NCBI RefSeq assembly: GCF_009914755.1
Contig: NC_060929.1
Origin: the human T2T-CHM13v2.0 reference genome, Homo sapiens
Direction: 5' to 3' (one strand)
Length of the DNA: 64,000 bases
Position numbers and translations under genes: made by a program. The notes beneath the pieces were generated by a model, which did not search any database, was not told the origin of the DNA, and was given only the letters and a program-made list of their open reading frames with translations. Below are positions 31,862-47,100 of the stretch, piece by piece (positions within the stretch are counted from its first letter, which is position 1; each line of letters starts with the position of its first letter).

Positions 31862-32469
31862 TAAGTTTTGTAGTTTCTTAAAAAGCTGAACATAGACCTT
31901 CCTTAAGATTTTGGAGGAAGACTTTCTCTGCCTATCCAGAGAAACAAATTAACAAGATGCTATTCAAACACTTTTTCCCAGGAAAATCATATAGTTTTCA
32001 ACATGTGCATAACATAATATGCTCTATTTAAAGCTTTGCATCAAAGGCTTTGATCTCTTTTCAGTGATTTTTGTTTTAACATTTTGTTAAATGTTAAACA
32101 TTAACATTTTGTCATGATAAGCCTAGGTAGACGAGTCAAATGGCAAATAAATTCAGAATAAACATAATTCTACAGAAATATGCAGGGCTTCCATCTGTGA
32201 AAGACTGCAGGAATCCTCAATCTGGAAGAAGAAATTTCATTTTACGTAAAACAGGCCCCCACCCCTTGCTGAAACATGTATTTCAAAATGCAAACTCAGA
32301 ATTCTTTTTAAAGCACCATATTCTTTTTAGTAAGATGTATTTAAACAATCTTCTGTGATCTTTTTATAATCTTACATTTTTCAAACTTAAGAAAGTTAAC
32401 TGTAATACGTAAAAGAAAGAAGCCTGAATTTCTTGACAATAGATACATAAATAATTTAATTACTAACAT

Positions 32470-32645
32470 ACCTGAGAGCAACGCAGCAGAATCACCAGGG
32501 CTTGTTAAAACACTGATTTCTGGCCCTAACCCCAGGGTTTCTGATTTAGTAGTCATGGAATGGGACCTAAGAATTTGCATTTCTGACAAGTTCCCAGGTG
32601 ATGCTAATGCTGCAGATTGGCAAGCGGACTTTGAGAATCACTGCT
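32470..32645. mobile_element. MER5A-like hAT MITE
   Basis: 'agaatcaccagggcttgttaaaac...aatttgcatttctgacaagttcccaggtgatgct...actttgagaatcactg'. Confidence 0.8.
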
Positions 32646-33692
32646 CTGGAGATTGTCTTTCAAAAAAAATAGTTGTTCCTCATTACCTGTGAATAATTTG
32701 GGAAGAAAGTCATTCTTCACTAGTAGCCTCCCTGTTATTTTGCCTCATTCATCAAATTAATGCCTGTCAAAGAGAAAGTATTGAAGATCCTGCCAAGTAG
32801 ATAACATCAGAAGGAGTAGTTGTTAAGGGAAATATCCCTAATTTGGTCTCATCATACTACTGCTTAGTTTCTTTGGACACCTTACTTATTTTTATTTCTA
32901 ATATAGTATGTGCCCAGGCACATCCAGTTTTTAAGACCATTCTGCCTCCTGACTCACTTCACATATAGGTATGTCATTAACCAGCTGTCTTCTTTTCTAA
33001 GTACTGAGGCCTTAGATCCCATTTATTAGAATACCTCAAGGCTGTTACCTATGTTTCAAGGGAAACCATCTCCCAAGAATTCCCTGCAATCTAAGCTGGT
33101 TCTTCATCCTTGTGATCTTCAAATAAATGTTCTTTGGGGTTTACTGAGAATTCTTATTTTGCACAGGTATTAATCCTTGGTAGTGAATGCATTAATGTGG
33201 TTTGTATTTAGCAAAAATAGTCTGGAAATTTGAAACACCCTAGCTCCCCTTTCTTTTAAAAACACAAACGAACTTTCCTCTTGCACTATTATATAAGCTG
33301 CTGTTTTTTTTAACCTCATTGCTTACCTTTAATAACTTTCCATGCCAGTGAATATATCTCCATTTCATCTTTCCTAGGTGTTCTGTTATATGCATACACT
33401 ATAATTAATTAAACAGCTCAAATTTGGCACTTAGATTGTTATAAAAATATAAACATGCTGTAGTAAACATTTTTACATGTATTTGTCTATTATTTGATAA
33501 AGATAAATTCCTAGATATGGAACTTGTGAATCAAACTATATGCATATTTAATTTATTTATTGTCATTATGACAGACTGCAATCCAGAAAGCCTGAATCAA
33601 TTTACAGTTCCACCAACAACGTATCAAAATACCCACTTCACTCTACTCATGCCAATCTTTGGAATCTCTTTCAATCAAATTGGCAAAAGTCA

Positions 33693-34019
<327 letters not shown>

Positions 34020-34071
34020 TCAAATTACCGGTTAATGAAATTGGCCTTCATTTAAAATTGGACTCCTTTTC

Positions 34072-36943
<2,872 letters not shown>

Positions 36944-37635
36944 TAAAATTGGACTCCTTTTCTAAGTTCTAACCTAAGTTCCAATGTATTGACTATTTTA
37001 CCTGGTTAATGTGCTCTGGTTTGATCCCTCATAGAAACTTTATTTGGTTAACACCAGCTTAGTAATAGGGGTATTAATCTACCTATAGAAATTTGAGGAA
37101 AATAATGGGGAAATTAGCTTTTATTATCTTGTAATCATTTTTATTTTAAGTCAAACTAGCTGTGTGACCTTAAAGAAGCTACATCATCTCTCTGTACCTC
37201 AGCATGCTCCTCTATAAAATAAAAAACCTGGAGTAAGTTGTGGCACCTCTACATTGTCATGCCCAGCAGGCTGATTTTCCGCCTGTTTCTTCTGGTAATG
37301 ACACATTGCTGTTCCTTAAATGTGGTACCTAGGGAAGGAGCATCCCAGCACAACATCTGGCAAAGAACATCTGGAGATGATCTCTGAACTCATGTCTAGC
37401 CTTCTGATTAAGAAGTTGCCAAGAAAAACTAAAATGGTCATTTCCTCTGGGAAAGGGGCATGGGTGGTTTGTGGACAAGCTAGAATTGAGACTTAACATT
37501 TCCCTGTATTTCTCTTTAGAATTCTGCATCCTATTATTCCGTACATGTGTTACCTAGTCATTAGGTAAATACATATTTGGAAATCATTTTTGAAAAGACA
37601 ACGTATAGTTCATAATCTCATCTTTTTAAGGGCAC

Positions 37636-38074
37636 TGTCTTAGTCCCTTGGTGTTGTTATAAAGGAATATCTGAGTCTGGGTAATTTATAGGTAATTTAT
37701 AAAGAAAGATTTGTTTGGTCCATTTTCTGTAGATGGTACAAGAAGCATGGCACTAGCATCTGCTGAGCTTCTGGTGAGGGCCTCAGGCTCCTTCTACTCA
37801 TGGTGGAAGGCAGAGGGGAGCCAGCGTGTAGAGATCACAGGAAGAGAAAGGAAGCAAGACAGAGAAGGGGGAGGTGCCAGGCTCTATTTAATGCCAGTTC
37901 TCCAGGGAAATAATAGAATAAGAACTCACTCACACACCTCCAGCCAAGGGCATTAATCTATTCATGAGGAATCTGCCTCCATAACCCAAACACCTCCCAT
38001 TAGGCCTCACATCCAATATTGGGGATCAAATTTCACCATGAGGTTTGGTGGGATCAAACACTCAAAGTATAGCA
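37636..38074. mobile_element. MST-type MaLR solo LTR
   Basis: tgtcttagtcc...caaacactcaaagtatagca; internal tandem ggtaatttata x2. Confidence 0.8.
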
Positions 38075-39242
38075 GACGTGCATAAGCTGAGGACTGGAAT
38101 TATATATGTTAAAATACCAACAGTGGTTATCTCTTTATGGCAGAACTGTAAGTAATTTTGTTTTCTTTTCTATGATTTTATTTATTTTTATATGTTTTTT
38201 CCCTGAACATTCCCTCCTGTGGTCAGACAAACCTTTTACATTTTAAGCATTAATCTTGTAAAATAAATATGTAAAATAAAGATCCTAATGACACCAAATA
38301 CACCAAAACTAGAAGGGAAAGTGTTGCCAGGAAAATCTCTACTAGCAGCCATGTCACTACACACACAGCTGGTGCTCAATATATGGTCTGCGAGTCACTG
38401 ACTTTTACCTCCTGAATCCTCATGTCCTTTCTCATTGAGAGCTGTTTTCCTAACATAAGAGCCTCCTCTTCCTAAAACTCTCCTCTTCTGAAAACTTCCA
38501 CCTCCTGCCTCATTTTCATCTTGGTAGGTCCTACTTGATGCTCAGGTATCCACTTTGCTCTCCCTCCTCCAAGAAGCTCTCCCAAATCACAGGTCTAGGC
38601 TGGGTCCCATGTATAATCATCTGCATAATTGCTGCCTCCTTACTAAACTGTAGGTCCATGAAATTAGGGCCATATCTGACTTGTTCACTGTTGCATCCCA
38701 AATACTTAGCACGGTCCTTGTCAGAGAGTAGATTCTTGATAAGTATGTGTTAAATGAATGAGTGAGATTACCTGTACAAACTTCACCTCTGGCATGCTAC
38801 GTGCAGATTCCTTTTGAGCACCCTCACCTGGTCTTTAGCTTAATTCCCTTCCATCAAACCCTTACTTTGCCAGCTATTCATCTTCTTAATCAAAAATAAC
38901 TTTTGTTGATGGAATAATAAAGAGTTGGAGTAAGGATACAACGCATTGTTGTTGGTTGAAATATGCACTTTACCCATGAAGCTTCTCATGGCCCTATGTA
39001 TTAGTGGGTTCTGTGAATGGCTCTTGGATCTCAGAAGTTTTGGGAGATATTCTCTTATTTTCTGTAAAAATTAACTCAGCTGAGCAATTGGGGCAATAGA
39101 AGTCATTCAGACCCTCCTTCTGCAAGCTTACAGAGTTCACATTCAAATTATATTGAATAATTGCTGAATGTGATGACAGCGCTTGAGCTGATGTCCAAGA
39201 TGATACTGATAAAAAGAGTTGTACTAATCCATTCCTTTAGAA

Positions 39243-42184
39243 CAGTGATCCCTGAGCTTTTTGGCACCAGGGATGGGTTTCATGGAAGAAAATTTTTCCA
39301 CAGACTTGGGGGTGGGAGGTGGTTTGGGGATGATTGAAGTGCATTATATTTATTGTGCACTGCGTTTCTATTATGACATTGTTATAGCTCATCATAATGT
39401 AGAATCAGTGGAAGCCCTGAGCTTGTTTTCCTGCAGCTGGATGGTCCCATCTGGGGTGATGGAAGACAGTGACACCTGAAGTGTGTTGCTTATGTCCACT
39501 CTACCCCATAATCTCGTTTTGGTTGCTGTCACTGCAGAAAACCCTGCTTCACAAAGATAGGATGTTGGAAATGGAAGGAAGCTTTTCAGTGCTTCTGTGG
39601 TAATCTCAGGATATTCCGCCTTGACTTTAATCCAGAATGTATGGAGATGTGAAGTTGCCTCAAACATACTTTTAAGGCAACCGTCATTTGCAATCTCAAG
39701 CAGCTGATCCTCTTCAAGCAGGGACAAAGTCAATTCCCTTGGCTTATTCACAAATGGGTGATGGATCCATTCCTTCCCAGTTTGGGGGTCTTTTGTGGTT
39801 GGGAAGTAATGCACAAACTCTTTTGAAAGCTGAGGTAGGTGACCATGCACCAGCTGGGAGAAAGAAGGCCCTGGCTTGGTCTCTTTCAAAATGTCTGCTA
39901 ATGTTTGAAGCATGTCAGAAATCCCAGTGTTCATTCATCACCCCCATAATTCCAGTTTGGCTTTGAATGCAGCCACTTTATCTGCCGACTTGAACACAGT
40001 TGTCATTCTCCCCTGAAGTGACAGACTGAGTTCATTGAGCAGGTTGAATATGTCACACAAGTGAGCAAGTTTTGTGACCCATTCTGTGTTGCTGAAATGT
40101 GCTGGAGTGGTAAGTGCTTTTCTAAAAGAAATCTTTGGAGTGGTTTTTGTAACTCAAAAATCTCTGGCCAGTGATCTACCTTGAGAAAGCCATCTCACTT
40201 CTGTGTATGAGAGAAGACATGTGTGGTCTGTATCCATTTCCTCATAGAGCTATGCAAAAAGACATGAATTAAGGGCATGTAATTTAATGTTGTTGATAAT
40301 TTTAACCACATCCTGCAAAACCTTAAGTTCAGGTGACATTTTTTTTTGGCTAGCCAGCATTTCTCTGTGGATGACACAGTGTGTAGATTCACATTCAGAA
40401 GCAACCTCTTTGACCCAAGTAGTGAAACCAGAAAGGCATCCAGTCATGGCAGCCTCTCTGTCCATGCACATACCAATACAAAATGACCAATTCTGTTTTC
40501 CTGATATGTAATTCATATGGTTTGGCTCTGTGTCCCCACCTAAATTTCATCTTGTAGCCCCCATAATTCCTGCATATTGTGGGAGGCACCCAGTGGGAGA
40601 TGACTGAATCATGGGGGCAGGTCTTTCCCATGCTGTTCTCGTGATAGTGAGTGGGTCTCACAAGATCTGATGGTTTTAAAAACAGGAGTTTCTCTGCACA
40701 AGCTCTTCTCTTGTCTGCCACCATGTAAGACATGACTTTCACGTTCCACCATGATTGTGAGGCCTCCCCAGCCATGTGGAACTGTAAGCCCATTAAATCT
40801 TTTCTTTTGTAAATTGCCCAGTCTTGGGTGTGTCTTTATCAGCAGCATGAAAACGAACTAACACAGTAATCATTCAAAGGCTTGAATAGTTCTGTACCTG
40901 TGGTGCTGGTTGGCAACAAAAGTGCACATAACATATTCTCATGCACGTCCTCCCGAGAAATATATCGCACAAAAACAAGCATTGTTGCCTTGTTGTCAAC
41001 ATTCGTAGACTCGTCAACCTGGATTGCATGCCACAGTGACTCATTAATCTTCTCTAACAATTGTGCCTCAATATCCTCAACTATTTCATTCATCTAGTTA
41101 TGGGGCTAGCCAAAAGAGGAACATATGCCACCTTTTGAACTGCAGCATCTCCTAAAAGTTCATGACTAACATCCTTAATGGTGGGCAGGATCAACTCTTC
41201 ACCAATAGTAAAGGGCCTCTTAGTGTTAGTGATGTGGTTAGCCACTAAGAATGATGCTCTCGGTGCAGACACATTTGATGAAGTGGTGGCCATCAATAAT
41301 TGCTTTTGTTCTTCCTGTTCATGTTTTTTTAATTTGAAAAACTCCAAAGGCTTGTCTTTTAGTGCAGGGTGTTTGGTCTCCACATGGTGAAGCAGTTTTG
41401 AAGATTTCATGGCTCCATTGAATAGCTGGTCACCACATATACAAAGCGGGCTTACAGAATGTAAATCACCTGTTGCAATCAACCTGTAAAAAGTAGGACT
41501 TTTGGTATTTTCTTTTAAATGCAGCTTTCTTTTTGTTTGCAGTCTTAGAGTCTTCTGCTGTCTTATCATTGGATCTTTCCCCCTTTTCAAAGAAGCTCTC
41601 CAGTGACATCTGTTTTTCACTCATTTTGGCTAGGGTTAGCTTGTGGGTTTAGCAAAACTGTGACTGAGACAAGTGCACAGTACAGGAAAAAGGCATGGGT
41701 GGAAGTGGTAAATAAAATAATGAGTGGACCATGCAAAGACTGAAATAAGTGTTGGATTCTGATTTAAAGCCTGCCACCAGATGCAGCTTAATTGTCCCTT
41801 GCCACTCACTGATAGGGTTTTGATATGAGTCTGCAAGCAATTGATTTATTATGGTCTCTGCACAGTGAAACCTCTCTGCTAATGTTAATCTGTATTTGCA
41901 ATTGCTCCCCCATGCTAGCATCACCACCTCAGCTCCACCTCAGATCATCAGGCATTAGATTCTCATAAGGAGCACACAAGCTCGACCCCTTGAATGTGCA
42001 GTTCACAAAAGAATTCGCACTCGGATTAGAATCTAATGCCACTGCTGATCTTACAGGAGGTAGAGCTCAGGCAGTAATGTGAGCAATGAGGAGTGGCTAT
42101 AAATACAGATGCAGCTTTGCTTGCTCAACCGCCACTCACCTCCTACTGTGTGGCCTGGTTCCTAACAGGGGTTGGGGACCTCTG
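39243..42184 (-). mobile_element. Near full-length Charlie3 (MER1 family) hAT DNA transposon with decayed transposase
   Basis: MER1-type termini (cagtgatccc... / ...ggttggggacctctg); 8-bp TSD ctttagaa/ttttagaa; minus-strand fragments with QVDEST, HCVIHRE and YLCEAGFS hAT motifs. Confidence 0.88.
40513..40865. mobile_element. THE1 solo LTR nested in Charlie3
   Basis: tcatatggtttggctctgtgtcccc...aacgaactaacaca; perfect TSD gtaat (40508-40512, 40866-40870). Confidence 0.92.
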
Positions 42185-43349
42185 TTTTAGAAGGCTTGGT
42201 TGAGTTGCCCAAAATAAAGAGTGATCCCTAATCATTCATTAAATCTAACTTTAGAGCATACTTTATTGATATCATGACTGCAGTTGTTGGTGGTGATATT
42301 ATAAAACCATGGTAATACAATTCCGTAGGACCCATAGCATGTAAAATCTGGAGTTAACTTTAATGATCACCTAATCTCACCCTTTAATTATATTACAAAT
42401 GAAATTATTGAGATACAAAAAAATAAAGCCTCTAGTTCTTGGCAGATTTGGGTTTGAACGTGGGACTTCTGTCCTTAAGTCTTTCTTTATTAAATTTTCT
42501 CATTTGTAAATCATGACTACTCATAACATAAGCCCACCAAAACTCTAGGAAAGTATGATATTAACTGAAGCTTTGTTGTATATATATATATCATACATAT
42601 AGAAGTGTGTATGTGAATATGCTTAGTCCACGCTGTAGATAGGATAAAGCAATACTTAAGAGGGGAAATATATCCAATCATAACTAAATTGCTATAGTTC
42701 ATTGGCTCTAAGATGCTATCAATTACATTAGTAACTGTTACTTTATTTACCACACTAAGAAAGAAAAAACAACTGCCAATTAAATGAGGATACCAATTAT
42801 AGGATGTGCCCCAATTTTAGAAATTTTAAAATGTAAAATAATGTCATCTTGAGAACTAAAGTATAGTGTAAAGTAATATGTTTATACTACTCATTTTTGC
42901 TAAAATAACTTGTTTAATATTACTAATGTCTCCATACTTACACCACATTCATCATGGGTAAAGGCAAGTGAAGTATACAAGCACAAATATTTTCATGTAG
43001 TTCATATATACAGGAAAAAGTTATAGTTTTTTGGAATCAAATTATGTCAGGATGCTTTTGGAAACCAGGCTCAAGCCAACATTTAAAATAAAGAGAGTTT
43101 ATTGCCTCACTGACTACAAAATTCACAGTATCATCCCTGTACTGATTCCTATTTTCTGTGTCCTTTCACCTCTGCCACCTCCACGAACTCCTTGAACTCA
43201 GCCTAGCTTCCCCTGAAGCAATCAGATGCTGGAGCAGTTCCAGGGCTCACATCTGCTCTCCACACCACACAGAACTAAGGGAGCCACCCATCCTAACTTT
43301 CTTAGTCTGAAGCCCAGAGTTCATGCTGATAGACCAGCTTCAGTCACAA

Positions 43350-43590
43350 GCAGTTTGGTGAAGTCATTAGGAGCACAGATTCCAGAGCCAGACTGCCTGA
43401 GTTAGGATCCATCCCAGCTCACTATTTACCAGCTCTATGCCTTAGAGCAGCAAAAAGGGGATTATAATAGCACCTACCCTGAAGGGTTGTTGTGAGGACC
43501 AAATGGGCTAATGTAGTGCTTAGAATAGCACCTAGCACTTACTAATTAGAAAGTGCTATGAAAGTGATCATGATGATGATGATAATGATG
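43350..43590. mobile_element. MIR followed by (GAT)n
   Basis: 'gagccagactgcctgagtt...cccagctcactatttaccagct...gggttgttgtgagga'; tgatgatgatgataatgatg. Confidence 0.7.
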
Positions 43591-44148
43591 CCCATTCCTA
43601 AAGTAATCACCATGGCTAGAGGGCAACTATGCTGAATGGCTTAGCCTAGATCAAAACACTCTTCGAATGCAGTAGGCAAAATTGGCTTCTCTGGAACAAC
43701 ATGGGTCCCCAAATAGGAGCCACTGAGAATAACTTGGCAACTGAGGCATAGAAAGCAGGCAGGGGCAACCAGCAAATGTTCACTACACAAATCACAGTTA
43801 AAGTATGCAAGGTTGTTTGACAAATCATAGTCTAAAATGAAGACCATGTGTTCAAGGTAAATAATCATTCTATGCTTTATATCTTTTACAAATACCTATT
43901 TTCAAATATCAAGTTTCCATGTTCTATCAATTACGCATTTCACAAATGCTACCCAGGCTCCCCCTTTTGCTCACATACTTTCTTTCATTTTACACCTCAG
44001 TCAGTATTCATTGACTGTTGCTGTGTGCCAGGCATAGCAGTTAGCAAACTGGTCTCTACCTTCAAGGAGCTTACAGTCTTATAGAATGATAGTTCTTGGC
44101 AAGTATTGATCTTGCTTTAGCTAGATCACTATTATATAAAATAAAAGT

Positions 44149-47100
44149 ATAGATGGTCAAATAGAAAGAGTTCTGGTAGCAGCTCCCAGCGAGACCAATG
44201 CAGAAGGCAGGTGATTTCTGCATTTCCAACTGAGGTACCTGGGTCATCTCATTGGGACTGGTTAGACAGTGGGTGAAGCCCACAGAGGGTGAGCAGAAGC
44301 AGGCTGGGGCGTCACCTCACTCGGGAACTTCAAGGGGCTGGGGACCTCCCTCCCCTAGCCAGGGAAGCCATAAGGGACTATGTTATCTAGCCCAGATACT
44401 ACGCTTTTCCCATGGTTTTTGCAACCCGAAGACCAGGAGATTCCCTCGTGTGCATACACCACCAGGGCCCTGGAGTGTTTCAAGAACAAAACTGAGCAGC
44501 TGTTTGGGCAGACACTGAGCCAGCTGCAGGTTTTTTCTTTCACACCCCAGTGGCACCTGGAACCTCAGGAAGACAGAACCGTTCACTCCCCTGGAAAGGG
44601 GGCTAAAGCCAGGGAGTCAAGTGATCTTGCTCAGTGGGTACCACCCCCATGGAACCCAGCAAGCTAAGATCCACTGGCTTGAAATTCTCACTGCTAGCAC
44701 AGCAGTCTGAAGCTTGGTTGGGTGAGGGGTGTCTGCCATTACTGAGGCTTGTGTAGGCTGTTTTCCCCTCACAGTGTAAACAAAGCTGCCAGGAAGTTCA
44801 GCAGCTGTGGCCAGACTTCCTCTCTAGATTCCTCCTTACTGGGCAGGGTATCTCTGAAAGAAAGGCAGCAACCCCAGTCAGGGGCTTATAGATAAAACTC
44901 CCTTCTCCCTGAGACAAAGTACCTGGGGGAAGCGGTGGATGTGGGCAGAGCTTCAGCACGCTTAAACATTCCTGCCTGTGGGCTCTGAAGAGAGCAGTGG
45001 ATCTCCAGGCACAGTGCTCGAGCTCCACTAAGGGACAGGCTGCCTGCTCAAGTGGGTCCCTGACCCCCTTGCCTCCTGACTGGGAGACACTTCCCAGCAC
45101 GGTTAGACAGACACCTCATACAGAAGAACTCCAGCTGGCATCTGGCAGGTGCCCCTCTGGGACGAAGCTTCCAAAGGAAGGAACAGGCAGAAACTGCTGC
45201 TGTTCTGCAGCCTCTGTTGGTGATAACCATGCAAACAGGGTCTGAAGTGGACCTCCAGCAAGCTCCAGCAGACCTGCAGCAGAGGGCCCTGTTAGAAGGA
45301 AAACTAACAGAAAGCAATAACATCAACATCAACAAAAAGGGTGCCCATACAAAAACCCCATCCAAAGGTCATCAGCAACAAAAACAAAAGGTAGATATAT
45401 CCACAAAGATGAGGAAAAACCAGCACAAAAATGCTGAAAATTCCAAAAACCAGACTGCCTTTTCTCCTCCAAAGGATCACAACTCTTTGCCAGCAAGGGT
45501 ACAAAACTGGACAGAGAATGAGTTTGACAAGTTGACAGAAGTAGGCTTCAGAAGGTGGGTAATAACAAACTCCTCTGAGCTAAAGGAGTATGTTCTAACC
45601 CAATGCAAGGAAGCTAAGAACCTTCATCAAAGGTTACAGGAACTGCTAACAAGAATAAGCAGTTTAGAGAAGAACATAAATGACCTGATAGAGTTGAAAA
45701 CACAGCACAAGAACTTCATAAAGCATACACAAATATCAATAGCTGAATCAATCAAGCAAAAGAAAGGATATCAGAGATTGAAGATCAACTTAATGAAATA
45801 AAGTGTGAAGACAATATTAGAGAAAAAAAGAATGAAAAGGAATGAACAAATCCTCTAAGAAATATGGGATTATGTGAAAAGAACAAATCTATGTTTGATT
45901 GGTGTACCTGAAAGTGATGGGGAGAATGGAACCAAGTTGGAAATCGCACTTCGGGATATTACCCAGGAGAGCTTCCCCAACCTAGCAAGATAGGCCAACA
46001 TTCAAATTCAGGAAATACAGGGAACACCACTAGTTACTCCTGAAGAAAAGCAACCCCAAGACACATAATCGCCAGATTCACCAAGGTTGAAATGAAGGAA
46101 AAAATGTTAAGGGCAGCCAGAGAGAAAGGTCAGGTTACCTACAAAGGGAAGCCCATCAAACTAACAGCAGATCTCTCTGCAGAAAACCTACAAGCCAGAA
46201 GAGAGTGGGGGCCAATATTCAACTTTGTTAAGGAAAAGAATTTTCAACCCAGAATTTCATATATAGCCAAACTAAGCTTCATAAGCAAAGGAGAAATTCA
46301 TAAGCAAAGGAGAAATAAAATCCTTTACAAACAAGCAAATGCTGAGGGATTTTGTCACCGCCATGAATGACTTACAAGAGCTCTTGAAGGAAGCACTAAA
46401 TATGGAAAGGTAAAACCAGTACCAGCCAGTGTAAAAACATACCAAAATATAAAGATCAACAACACATGAAGAAACTGTATCAACTAATGAGCAAAATAGC
46501 CTGCTAGCATCATGATGACAGGATCAAATTCACAAATAACAATATTAACCTTAAATGTAAATGGGCTAAAAGCCACAATTAAAAGACACGGACTGGCAAA
46601 TTCAATAAAGAGTCAAGACCCACTGATGTGCTATATTCAGGAGACCCATCTCACATGCAAAGATACACATAGGCTCAAAATAAAGGGATGGAGAAATGTT
46701 TACAAAGCAAATGGAAAGCAAAAAAAAAAAAAAAAAAAAGCAGGGGTTGCAATGGTAGTCTCTGATAAAACAGACTTTAAACCAACAAAGATCAAAAAAG
46801 ACACAGAAGGGCATTACATAATGGTAAAGGGATCAATTCAACAAGAAGAGCTAACTATCCTAAATATATACGCACCCAATACAGGAACACCCAGATTCAT
46901 AATACAAGTTCTTAGAGACCTACGAAGAGACTGAGACTCCTACATAAGAATAGTGAGAGATTTTAACACCCCACTGTCAATATTAGACAGATCAACAAGA
47001 CAGAAAATTAACATGGATATTCAGGATATGAACTCAGCTCTGGACCAAGCAGACCTAACAGACATCTACAGAACTCTACACCCCAAATCAACAGAATATA

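Noticed and set aside
39392-41620. Domesticated Buster/ZBED-like gene
   Set aside because: The transposase is broken across several frames and interrupted by THE1; TIRs and TSD remain, as in a fossil element.
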